A DNA stretch of 64,000 nt from NCBI RefSeq assembly GCF_009914755.1, contig NC_060929.1, one strand, 5' to 3'. Both the position numbers and the translations under genes were made by a program. The notes beneath the pieces were generated by a model, which saw only the letters and a program-made list of their open reading frames with translations, ran no database searches and was not told the origin of the DNA. The stretch is from the human T2T-CHM13v2.0 reference genome, Homo sapiens. Position 1 is the stretch's first letter; each line of letters starts with the position of its first letter. Below, piece by piece: positions 29,001 to 42,281 of this stretch.

Positions 29001-31047
29001 TTTTATTCCCCTTTTATTGTGCACCTCGATTACGTCAACTTGTTCTGTTCAAATTATACCACTACAGGAAAAACTAACTCGATGAAAAAATTTTCTTAAA
29101 GTGGATTTTTACTTTTGACAAAACATGTCATTGGCAAAATGGTATTTTTCCTTTGAGAACGATTTAATATAGCTATTCATTAAATTTTACAAGCTTCAAT
29201 TTGTGTTAGTAAATGATCACATGATGGGACACACGGGATTCTTCTGAGTCCATTGCAATTGTGAATCCAAATGGACATAAAGCCTCCTTGCTATTAAAGG
29301 TGGATCACTCCCATCCGGAAGGCAACTATGTTTAACTGAAATTTGTCATTCTTATTGTCAAATCATCACTCTTTAAACATCAGTATTTTAAGTACTCTTA
29401 TATATAGTTGGTGGAGTCAGAATTGCACGCTTTTAGAAAGAATTTGGAAGGAAAGATGCTTCTGTATGATTTAATTTCCATAACACTCATAACCTTCCCT
29501 TCCTTCCCACCTCCTCATCCAAATATTAGAGAAGCTACAGCCTCAATATAAACAGCACTACATCCCCACCCTCCCTCCCTACTGCAAAAGGAAACTGTTC
29601 AAAATGAGCCAGAAACCAAGGAAAACAGTAAGGCAAGGTAGTTCTAAAAATAAATCCCCAAATATCTGTCAACAATAACGATGACAAAAATGCCAGAATT
29701 GGGAGAAGAGAATCAGTCATTTGGCTGTTATGCAGATATTATGAATGCTAGAAGAAAGGAGGCATATTGGTGAAGATTCTTATGACCACATAGTTGTTGG
29801 GAACACACATTCTAATGGGGAGAGAGAAAGATTCAGGAACCAGTTTCTCCAAAAAGTAAAATTAATCAAAATAGGAAATGAGTGCTTTTCTTATTTGAAG
29901 AGGGCACCCTGGTTGCTGTCACGACCACTGTTCATTGAGAAAAAGAAGAATATGTTGCCCATGTTTTAAGAACATGCAGTTCTGTCCAGGGAGAAACAGC
30001 ACAAGAAAGTAAAAAACAAGAACATGCATTGTCATGGCAAAAAGGCCAAAGAGATCCTGAACTCTCAGCAGAAGTGGACTTTTCCTATCCCCCAAAAAAC
30101 TAGTGATCTGTTGTTTCTTGCTTTTATTGTCATAATCTGACATAAGCATAAAAGCTTTGAAAAGTCTGAAAAGATGAAAACAAAAAGTTTCTTCTCTCTT
30201 CTATGCCAGGAAAGACATTCTGCCAACTACCTCTTCACCTAAAAAGGAAGAACCTGGTCCAATGAGACTAAGTGAGATGACTGGAATGTAAAAATCACTG
30301 TCCAGTACAAACAGCCAGTGAACATTTTCCATTTAAAAGCTTCTTGCTGCTGAACAAACATAGCCAACTCCCTTGAAGATTATTTTAGCCCTCATTGCCT
30401 TTGCATAAAGATTCCTCATGTTACTCTGAGACTTTTTATTACTTTGAGGCCGTCCTTTTATTACATTGCAAACAACCCATCTCTATTTGAGTATGATGAG
30501 AAGCCCAAGTCACTGATGTAGATTGAAAGCTTGGCTCTGGACTAGGCCATTGGAAGAAGGTTCAAATGTTTACCAATGCTTTTCCTTGGCTGTATAGTAC
30601 ATGCACCTGTGTTTTATGCTAAGAAAATATTTCCATCCCTAAGGATATTTAAACTACTTAAATTCAGTGCACAGAAGACAATTCTCCAGCTCTGTGTTAA
30701 GCAGCTGATTACTCTGCCTTTGTAGAGAATTCCAATCCAATTTTTGCTTCCTGCCCACTTTTATCCACATTTCTACCATATCACCCCAACCTTTGTTTTA
30801 GTTAATTCCCTGCCCAGCAGGATTTCCACTGGAGTAGGCAATGGAGAAAGAAATACAGCAATCCCAGTATTTCATGGGAAATGACCAAAAATTAAAATCA
30901 ATCCCATTTTTAATTCTTATGAGTTTTGATTTCTAATATGAATTATGTTTAATACTTTTACCTAGACACAAAACTTAGGCCAATCCCTGAAAGTCTGTTC
31001 AATACAAGCAAATTCATTGGAAGTTAACTCACTGAAGGCCAATATTC

Positions 31048-31362
<315 letters not shown>

Positions 31363-32482
31363 TTACTAAACTTAAAAAAGTAAATTACAGCCATCTATAT
31401 TTGATAGGATGGTTTCACTATCTTTTTTAATATTTCTGTAAAGTTTTTCTCACTTTTCCATTTTTCTTCAATACAATATCTTAAGGAATGCTTGATTTCT
31501 CTCTGCTCCAACAGAAATATATATCCATAAATATACATACATGAGGAGAATATTTTCATGAAGATTATTTTTGTGCAGAATGTATTTATATATTCATAGA
31601 GAATATACTGTTGAATAGGTCTTTGAGTATATCCTTATGTATATATTTTGAATACAGTTCTGTGAATGTATTCTTGTGACCTTCAGATTTTTGTTCTCTC
31701 TGCTCTGCCTCCTTCTGTACATCTTATTATCTCAGTTTCCTCTTTCAATTCCCCTATATCCTCTTCTCCAACCCTCATCCATAAATCCCCCTTCCAACCT
31801 GTCCCTAGTTAATGTGACCAGACATTCTGGACCAGAACAGTTCTGGTTTTTCACTTGTGGTAAATAAAATAATGTTTGTTAATTATTTTAGTGATTCCTT
31901 TTCCTCTCAAGCAAATTCTGGTTTGAGCAATATCTTACTGGGTCCTTCTCCCCCTTGAATTCTCTGCCACTGTAATCTCCAGTCCAGGATTTGTTCTCTG
32001 ATAGTAGTCCTAGCATCCAAAGTGTGGTCTCTACTTTTCATCTCAGTTCCACCCAGTTGTAGCAACAAGTAGTCAAGGGGAGACAAATTAAGTACTAAAA
32101 ATACTGTGAGGAAAACAAAATGAGAACTGATCAAATAAAACTGCAGGGAAGTTCAATGTTACTAAAACTATCCTATGCAGTAAAATTTACTATAAATTTG
32201 TTCAAAATAGTTAAGAAAACAAGTAAATGTAGATGATCGGATAGTTATCAAATGCAACACTGGAAAATTGTCTTTCAGAAAATTAATCCAGAGATGGATA
32301 AGAGGAGGCAGGACAAGAATCAGGAGCATTTTACACAACCTCTAGGATTACTCACCTGCCTCTATGAGAGAGTAACATCACTATCTACCCGTCCAACTTA
32401 ATAATCATTCCTTTAAAGCCTTCAAAATTTGGTAGGCACAAGGAGTATAACATAAACTCACACAATCTAATAAATCTACACC

Positions 32483-32690
32483 ACCATTTATTGAAAGCTT
32501 ACTCTGTGTCTGGAATTATGCTATCCAGTTATCTCATTAATATTTAAAGTAACCCCCCATTAGTTATTATTTCATAAAGAAATCGATACTTAACATTTTG
32601 TAACTTGTGCAAGGTGACACATCTAGTAATGTGTTAAAGTTAAGAAGGAACCCAGGGCTGCTAAACTCCACAGCTGGTGCCCCTAAACTT
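32483..32690 (-). mobile_element. MIR SINE
   Basis: catttattgaaagcttact...gtaacttgtgcaaggtgacacatctagtaa...gaacccagg. Confidence 0.7.
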
Positions 32691-33709
32691 TATTCAAATA
32701 AAATCTATGGGAATATGATGCAATGTAAGATAGCTATAATAAATAATGTATACATATGAGGTATAAATGATAAGTATAAGTTTTGAGCTTTAGTTTACAT
32801 TTAATGATTAGAGAAATGTAAGACTTGTAAGGAAGTATTCATGGAAAAAATCAGGTTATCTGGAAGAGTGACTTTTTTGAGTACTTAGAAAATGGAGGAG
32901 AGACAAAGAGAGCATTTCATCATTGCTCTGAAGTTCATTCATTGCTGTGAGGCTCATTAAAGCCCTTAGCACAATGTCTGGCATACTTACAGCACTAATG
33001 TATATTTTAAATAATGTTTAATAATATTCATGTTTAATAGTATTAAGTATTATTAATACTATCAAACACTAAAATACCTTATTATTTGTCTTGTATTTTA
33101 GTGTTGTGACATGATATGAACTGATAGAAAACATAATTAAGATGGTTGGCACTTCCAAAATAATCTTTGTAGTTTTACAAAGATTTACCAGCAGAGTTTT
33201 GACGAAGTCAGACTCTTCATTTATACATTTATATAGAATCAGGCTATAGAGGCTTTAGCTCTTCCAGATGTGAATAGGTATATTTTGATTGAAAGTGTTG
33301 TGACAAATATTTCCCCATGTGATCACGTTTTCAAACACGTAAAGTACATGAATGTGTTTATAGACACATGCTTATGAAAGTGTTAGAGCAACTTTATCTC
33401 ATATTCAGAATCAAGTTATCTGGGGGCAGGGAGAATTATTATTGTCGCGTTATCTCCACAGTAACTTAAAAAAGAGAGAGAGGGATGAGAGGAATTTAAA
33501 CCACCAGGAGCATTAAAACAAACAAAGAAACAGTGCAAAACCTGAATTTAGATAATAATAGTTAAAGATTTAATTTCAAAATTTATTAATGAATTAAATA
33601 AGTGTAAAATGTTCTGAATCTCTTTTTATAAGTATAAAATATTCTGAAAAGAGATTTTTTAAATGAAAACTTATACAAATGTGGGCCCAGTGTTCAAATG
33701 TAGAAATAC

Positions 33710-33860
33710 GGCTGGGTACAGTGGCTTACACCTGTAATCCCAGAGACATGAGAGGTTGAGGTGGGAGGATAGCTTGAACCCAGGAGTTCAGCTATGAGCA
33801 TGTCAGTACACCACAGATTTTGTAATAAAGTGAGACCTTGTCTCTAAAATTTTTTTAAAA
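33710..33860 (+). mobile_element. Alu monomer (FAM/FRAM-like)
   Basis: ggctgggtacagtggcttacacctgtaatccca...gggaggatagcttgaacccaggag...gtgagaccttgtctct. Confidence 0.8.
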
Positions 33861-34045
33861 AGGAAATGTAACATTTCTATTCATGTTTTCTTATAATTAT
33901 CATTAGACGTTACTCAACCAGAAAAACATTTATCTCCTTTTAAGTAATAGTAAATATTTTGGTAAAAGCCTAAAAATTTATTGTTGAAAGTTATAAAATA
34001 ATCCTAAATCTTCTATACAATTTTTATTTAAAAAATTTGCTTTTA

Positions 34046-34451
<406 letters not shown>

Positions 34452-34705
34452 TGATGATTTAATTATAAATGAATCATAAACATATGGATCAGCTTTCATT
34501 GAATGACACATGATATTAATAATGCAAAATGTTCTTGGCATAATGCAGTTTGGTTAGAGTTTATAAAAAATGTTTGAAAAGCTGATTCCATATTATTCAA
34601 TATTATACAATCTAGCTTGGTGTATCAAAAATGTAAACAAATGAAATTTTCTTTTCTAATGTTTTGTCTCAAATATAACATTAAATTTTAAAATTTATAA
34701 ACACT

Positions 34706-34767
34706 ATTTTTTTTTTTTGAGACAGAGTCTTGCTCTGTCACCCAGGCTGGAGTGCAATGCAGTGGCA
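34706..34767 (-). mobile_element. Severely 5'-truncated Alu 3' end
   Basis: T run plus gagacagagtcttgctctgtcacccaggctggagtgca. Confidence 0.85.
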
Positions 34768-36001
34768 ATATTTCCCTTGAATCTTTGAATTGAGGCATTT
34801 TTAGTTAACTAAATATATTTTATTTATTTTAACTTGTTTAATTTGGTTACTATAGGTATATTATTCACTTAACAAATAGCATTTATTAATTTTCCCCCCA
34901 AAAGGCTTACAGGAGTAACTACATATTTGATCCAAAAATCTTAAAAAAAAAACAGAAGTTTTCAAAGAAAGAAACAAAAAGCAAGAGAAATACTACCTAG
35001 GTAGAAATAAACATGACTATCAAGTAAACATTTTGGTGTTGATATATGTTATCTTCTAGACATATATGTGTTTTCTAGACAAACACATATAATGTAGAGG
35101 CATATTAGAATCCCTTAACTTAGAGAAATATTACTATACATGATTGGCAAAAAAAAAAAAAAAAAAAAGGAATAAGGTTAATTAAGAAGAAAGGCAATAA
35201 AGAAAGAAGGGAGGGAAGATGGAAGGAAGAGGAGATGGGAGAAAAGTAATGGTTTGCCAATTTGAGGTAATTCACCTGCCGTTCCCTCCAAGAGAGTTAA
35301 ATTTGGAATAAGCGTGATATGGGAGAAGCAAATTCAGAGTTACCCAGCATCTTGAAACTTCACATTTCACCAAACTCAGTGTTTCAGTGTTTAAAAATTT
35401 CTTTTTCAAATGCAAGTCAATGACTTCATACAGTTTCTCGTTGCAACACTAGGAATCATTTCAGTTTGAGATGGGGGTGCAGGGAATAAATGTTTACAAG
35501 TGGTTGAGGTGAAATATGTTGAATTCTAATGTAGGACTTTCAAAAATTATTTTGAGATTGTTTTCTAGCAGATTTATTATTGTATAATTTATATATTTTA
35601 AATTTACTTATTTTAAAAGCATAATTAAATCATTTTTAGTAAATTCATAGAGCTCTTCAATTATCACAATTAAAATTTAGAATATTTTGAGGGTTTTGCC
35701 ACTTTCCAAAATTTCTTGTGTCCATTTTCTTTGCAGTTAATTTATGTTCTCACCCCACCTCCAGCCCCAGACAACCACTAATATGCCTTCTGTCCCTATA
35801 AATACATCTTTTTGGACATTTCCTATACATGGAACCATACACTATGCAATCTTTTGCATCTGGCTTCCTTCTCTTAGCATAATATATTCAAGGGTCATAA
35901 CCATGTGGTAATTTGTATCAGTATTCATTCATTTTTACAGCTGAATAATATTCCAGTATGTATATATATATATACCACATTTACTATCCATTTATCAGTT
36001 G

Positions 36002-36094
36002 ATACATATTTGAGTTGTTTCCACTATTGGCTACTATTCATAGCCAATTAGCAGTTGAACAATAGCCAATAGTGGAAACAACTCAAATGTGTAT
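36002..36094. repeat. 32-bp inverted repeat (31/32) with 29-nt loop
   Basis: atacatatttgagttgtttccactattggcta / tagccaatagtggaaacaactcaaatgtgtat. Confidence 0.95.
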
Positions 36095-37795
36095 GAATAA
36101 TGCTGCTATAAACATTTGCATAATAGTGTTTGTGTAAATGTATATTTTTTAAAAAATTTTCATGGGCATGTACTTAGAAGTGGGATTACTGGGTTATGTT
36201 ATAACTTTTTCTTTAATATTTTGAGAAAATTTCAAACTGTTTTCCAAAGTGGCTGCATTAGTTTTTAAATTCACCAGCAATGCATGAGGGTTCAATTTCT
36301 CCTTATCCTCACCAATACTTATTATTGTCTATCTCTTTTATTGTAGCCACTAGTGTGCATAAACTGCGACCTCATTCTGGGTTTAATATGCATTTTTTTT
36401 AATGAATAATGATGTTGAGGATCTTTTCATTTGTCTAATAACCATTTACATATCTTCTTTAGAAAAATTTCTTTTCAAATTTTTTGCCCATTTAAAAAAA
36501 TTGGTTTGTCTTTTAATTGTTAAATTGTAGTAATTTTTTGTATGTTCTAGATATTTGTCTTTGTTGGATATGTGATTTGCAAATATTTTCTACCCATAGT
36601 GTGAGCTTTTTTCACTTTGTTCATAGCTATCATTAAAGCTCAAAACCTTTTAATTATGATCAATCTTATTCATCTATTTTTTCCTAACATTCTGGTGTTA
36701 TATCTGGAAATTCTTTTTCTAACACAATGTTATGAAGGTTTTATGTTTTCTTCTAAACATTTAAGCTATTGTGTTTAGGTCTATGATCCATTTTGCATTA
36801 GTATTTTTGTATGGCATGAGGTCAGAGTCTAATGCCATCTTTTTGTTTCTAGATAACTAATTTTCCCAACAATATTTGTTGAAAGATACTTCTTCAATTG
36901 TATCACCTTAGCAATTTTGTCAAAAATTAATTGATCATAAAGATTTATTTCTACATTTTCTTTTTTCCCATTACATTACATTCTGTTTTCATGCCAGTTT
37001 TATGATAATATGTTCTGATATCAGGGTGTGTAAATCCTCCAAGTTTGTTCTTGGTTTAGAAAAAGCATTTAATTCTTGCTCCTTTGTTTTTCCAGGTAAG
37101 TTTTAGGATCATCTTGTGGATATCCACACAAAAACTGTCTTACTAACACGTTGATAGAAGTTGCATTGAATCTACAGATCAATGTGGGGAGAATTGTCAT
37201 CTTGAAAACATGGGCACTCCAGTCCATGAACTTGGAATGTGTTCTCATTTTTTAAATCTCATTTTTCCTGCACAAAAATTTGCAAAATTTTAGTTTATAA
37301 ATTTTACAAGTTTTAAAAAAAATTATTCCTTAATACTTTGTTCCTTTTAATGCTTCTGTGAATATTACATTATAAAGTTAATTTCATAGGCTATAGTTAG
37401 TGTATAAAAATAAAAATTGATTTTTCTATATTGATGCAATTATATATTATTGAGATATACTGATATACTTTTATATATTGATACATGTTGCAGGAATTGT
37501 TTATTAGTTTTGATGGGTTTTAGGAGGAATTCCTTATATTTTCTTCATATAGGGTCATGTCATCTGAAAATAAAATCAGTTATAGAACTTCTTATTTCTA
37601 CCTTAATTAACTTATTTTATTTTTCCTTTGTCTTTCTTTTCTTTTTCCCTATTGTACCGCCTAGATCCTCCAATATAATGTTTGATAGATGTAGTGAGAG
37701 GGCACATCTTTGCCTACTTCCTGATCTTAGGGGAAAATTATTGTTTTTATTATTAAGTACATTGTTACTGCTAGGTTTTTTTTAGATGTGCTTTT

Positions 37796-38165
37796 TTATG
37801 TGGTTTGCCTGTTTCCCCACCCAAATCTCATTTTGTATTGTAATTCCCATAATCCTCACGTGTTGTAGGAGGGGCCCAGTGGGAGGTAATTGAATCATGG
37901 GGTCAGTCCCCAATGCTGTTCTGGTAACAGTGAGTGAGTTCTCATAAGATCTGGTGGTTTTATAAGGGGCTTTTCCCTCTTTGCTTGGCACTTCTCCTTC
38001 CTGCCACCATGTGAAGGACGTGTTTGCTGCTCCTTCTGCCATGATCGTAAGTTTCCTGAGACCTCCCAGCCCTGTGTAACTGTGAGTCAATTAAACCTCT
38101 TTCCTTTATAAATTACTCAGTCTCAGGTAAGTCTTTATTAAGCAGTGTGAGAATGGATTAATACA
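37796..38165 (+). mobile_element. THE1 (D-like) solo LTR
   Basis: ccccacccaaatctcat...gtgagtcaattaaacctctttcctttataaattac...taataca; TSD ctttt / ctttc. Confidence 0.92.
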
Positions 38166-38919
38166 CTTTCTCAAGACAAGGAAGCTCCATTTGGCTCTTT
38201 TATATAATTTTTATCTTTTTATTGATACTCTGTTTGATGAGTCATTGTAGTCACACCTTCCTTTAGTTTTTTAACATGATTTTCTCTGGACATATTTATA
38301 ATAGCTGTTTTAAAGTCTTCAACAACAAAGCCCAACATCTGGATTCCCCATAAGTAATTTTTATTGACTTTTTTTTTGTTTCTTGTGTATAAGTATCACT
38401 TTACTGTTTTTTCACTTGTATTAAGATTTTTGAAACTGGACAATTTAGATAATATTTTGTAGCAATCCTGGATTCTTATTCCCACTTCATGAAGGTTTTA
38501 TTGTTTATGTTTTTTGTTTTGCTTTGTTTAGTGACTTGCCTGGAGCAATCCTCTAGAGTCTATCTCCCACATGCTGTACTGTTACCAGTGATTCTTCAGG
38601 GATTTTTTGTGTGTGTGTGTAATTATTGTTTTTATTTTTAAGCCTGGCAGTTGAGGGGTCACTTCTATGTCAGCATATCTTAGTGGTTGGTCAATTATTG
38701 CTGGAACTTTTTGCTCAAATCTTTGGTTCTGGAAGCCTTCTATACTTTGCCATTCATCTATATTTTCTAATTTCTTATTTTCTGAAGCCAATATATTGTG
38801 GTCAGTCACATAAAAATTCTAAACAAAACATTACCAAGTGGAATATAACAATATATCTCTATCTAAATCTCTCTCTCTCTCTGTCAATCAAGTTAGGTTT
38901 AGTCCATAAATTCCATAAA

Positions 38920-39500
38920 TTGGCTTGACATTAAAACAGTATAATTTAACCATTTAATGAAATGTAGGAAAAAAACAATTACATTATTATTTGCATGGAT
39001 GTACAAAAATCATTTGATAAAATTCAATCCTCATAAACATAATATGAAGTAAAATGGGTCAGACATTGAAGATCACATACTATATAATTTCTTTTATGTA
39101 TATTTAAAAACAGGTAAAATTAAACCACAGAGTTTACAAATGCAAAATTATTTACTAAAATTATTAAAAAAAACAAACAATTACTAAAAAATTAGGTTAG
39201 GGTTTACCTGTGTAAGATAGAAGGTAGTGATTGGTAGGGTACAGGGGGATCTTCAGGATTGGCATTATTTTATTTCTTGACCTAAATGATGGCTGATAGT
39301 TCATTTTGTGATAAATAATTGAGTTGTATAACTTTATCTTGTGTACTTTCTCTGTGTTTATTTATTTTAAGTAAAAAGTTATACCGTATTAATTATCTTT
39401 ATTGCTGTGATGGTTTCATGGGTGTATACATGTTAAAACTTGTCAAATTATATGCTTAAAATAATGTGCTTTATGTCAATTATAAATAAGGTTAATTATA
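38920..39500 (+). mobile_element. Old L1M (ME-like) fragments
   Basis: catttgataaaattcaa; catactatataatt...aaacaggtaaaa; tgtgatggtttcatgggtgtataca. Confidence 0.55.
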
Positions 39501-40599
39501 AAGATGTAAAGGTATTTTAAATGTATTGTTTGTTTAAAAAGAACGAGCACTATATGTTTGGTAATAAGCGTAAGATTCTTAAGAAATGAACTTAACCTTA
39601 AGAAATGAACTTCCAGGCCTCAAAATAGACTTTTATCTATCTATTATTTGTTTTATTTTGTAGGTGGAAAGAAAACTTTAACTGCACCTGGAAAGGCTGG
39701 AGCATGCAATATTTTTTTAAATACCTGATTAACACCTGCTTAAATATTTTCTTCCAATCTTTAATTAAACAGTTAAGGTAAGACTTCATTTTCTAGATAT
39801 ATAATCAGACTGAGCATGAATAATGCTCTACAGCTGCTAATTTCCCTTTCCAAAGACAGAGTTAAACAGAAAAAGGTTCTTTACTTTCTAAAAGAGGGTA
39901 TTGAAAAACGGCGTTCTTCATTTTTAAAAGAAACAAAAATCTCAGAATAGAAAATATGTACATGTAACTAGAGAAAACAATTGCCAGCATTTTTTAATTC
40001 TGAAAATTACAAATACATATTTCTCCTCATCCTAACAGAATTGTCTGAAGAGTCCAAAGTAAAATTTAGTTAGATCATAAAATAATAAGGCCAACAGATT
40101 CCTCTCACATATTGACTACTACTGATAATTTAGGATGTACTTCAAAGTCTAGAGAAGGCATTTTTACATTGAGTATATAATGCTTAAGTTAATATTTACA
40201 AAATAGTATTTTCAAAAGCATGTTATCAAATGTCTTATTTTCTGATTTGCAGAATTTTAGGGCTTTTTTCAATCCCTTGACTAGTAAATTGTCTTCTTAA
40301 ATATTGCAATGTATTTGATACAGAAAAAGAAGAAAGATAAAAGTGGGAAGGAAAAACAGAGGAGAGAGTGAGGGAGGGTATATAGAGAGAGGGAAGAATA
40401 GAAGTAAGTAATATAATCATCATAACCCCATAGCTAGTTTTAAGGCTAATGGTCACGTTTTAGTTAAGGGACAATACTTTGTTCATCATATGCAATGTAT
40501 ACTAGTGTGACTGAGAGCAATAGTATCTACTTTCTATGTATATGTCAACTTTCTTGTGGGAAGGGAGAGGAAGATGACTCATGGGAATACCTCTGTTCA

Positions 40600-40850
40600 T
40601 GTGGTGGCCAAGCACTGATTTCTAGAGCCAGCCTGTGTGTGTTTCCATTGTGTCTCTATGGCTTACTTGCAGTGTGACCCCAGGCAAGTCACTTAATCAT
40701 GGTACCTCAGTTTTCTCAGCTATGAAACGGGGATAATAGTCGTACAACCTCATGTGGTTGTTGTAAGAATTAAAGTGTTCATATATTGAAAGGGCTCAGA
40801 ACACTGCTTGGCACATAATATGTTCTATGTAAATGTTTGGTATTATTATT
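40600..40850 (+). mobile_element. MIR SINE
   Basis: tgtgaccccaggcaagtcacttaa...cctcagttttctcagctatgaaacggggataatagt...cttggcacata. Confidence 0.85.
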
Positions 40851-40974
40851 TTTTACTATTACCATATGCATGTGATAATTGTTAGTGCTTATTAAAACGA
40901 ATTTCTTGCAAAACGCCATATTTTTATTTATTTTAAATGTTCGTTTTCTTAACATTAAAACAATCCACCCTACC

Positions 40975-41346
40975 TGATATGGTTTGGCTGTGTCCCCACT
41001 CAAATCTCATCTTGAATTGAGGTTCCCATATTTCCTACATGTTGCGGGAGAGACCCACTGGCAGGTAATTGAATCATGGTGACAGTTACCTCCATGCTGT
41101 TCTCATGATAGTGGGTGAGTTCTCGTGAGATCTGATGGTTTTATAAGGGGATTTCCCCCCACTTTGCTCTGCACTTCTCCTTGCTGCTGCCATATGAAGA
41201 ATGACATGTTTGCTTCCCCTTCCACCATGAATGTAAGTTTCTTGAGGTCTCCCCAGCCCTGAGGAACTGTGAGTCAATTAAACCTCTTTCCTTTATAAAT
41301 TACCCACTCTCGAGTTTTCATAGCAGTGTGAGAACGGACAAATACA
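40975..41346 (+). mobile_element. THE1 (D-like) solo LTR
   Basis: tgatatggtttggctgtgtcccc...aataca; perfect 5-bp TSD CTACC (40970-74, 41347-51). Confidence 0.95.
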
Positions 41347-42036
41347 CTACCCATGACAATTAAATTATTCCTGTATGGTACCATGAAGCTGTGCCACAGC
41401 AAATAGTTTGTAAAAAAGTTATTCTAAGAAATATTGATTTACTCCATGCTGGTATCAGAGGTACATGGATCAATCCAGATTCAAAACCCATTGAAATAAT
41501 ACATCATATTTGATCTCATCCAGTGAAAAATATCTTATAACCTTTAGAATTAAGGCAACTTAAGTGAATGAATCATAGAAAAGCTTGTAAATTTATCGCC
41601 TGTTTCATAAAAAGGCCCTTTGGAGATTTTCTGAAATAAATTCATTCCATCCTAAAACTTTTTGATATAAATATTTTCCACAAAATATTAATTTTTAATT
41701 AATTTGACATAGTGATAAATGAATTCCAGGTGACATAATGGTAATGTTATCAGATGTTATCTTTATAGTATCCATCTGGCAAAATTATGAGTTACCAATA
41801 TAATGCTTCAGTGAAGAATGGAGAATAATGCTAGAAGCTTCGAGCAGTCATAAAATAGGAGGAACTGTCTGTGAAAACTATCCCCTTAGACTAGTTTCAC
41901 TGATACCCTCTTGTAATCTATTAATAAACTATTAATAAGTAATCATAATATTAAGAAAATTAAGAATTAATGAGGCAAGGAAAATATTAATTACACCAAA
42001 AAGTATCTGATTACTTCAATGGAGAGTGTATACAAT

Positions 42037-42281
42037 TGTAGTGGATACTGTTTGTGCTCTACCGAGATTAATTTAGTGGCAGGTGCATCCATCCCCAGCT
42101 GCCATTAGTGTTAGCTACAAATGGTTCATGGCTGCCTCCTTCTCTGGACAACTGGCATTACCATGAGAGCTACCTCACCAAGGAAGTTCCCTCTCACACC
42201 TCATCCCTGACACATCTGTAAACCAGGTACAGCCTGAATCCTTTTCTTAAGCTCTGCTTCTGTGTAGCACAAACTAAGAGA
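42037..42281 (+). mobile_element. ERVL LTR16-like remnant
   Basis: tgtagtggatactg...gtgcatccatccccagctgc...gctctgcttctg...aactaaga. Confidence 0.55.

Larger units (their letters stand above)
35570..38810 (-). mobile_element. Ancient L1MB/MC-type element (3'UTR and ORF2 end, then an ORF1-region segment), interrupted by THE1
   Basis: Typical L1M 3' motifs (ccagacaaccactaat, tttccaaagtggctg, gtttaggtctatgatccattttg). Confidence 0.75.
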
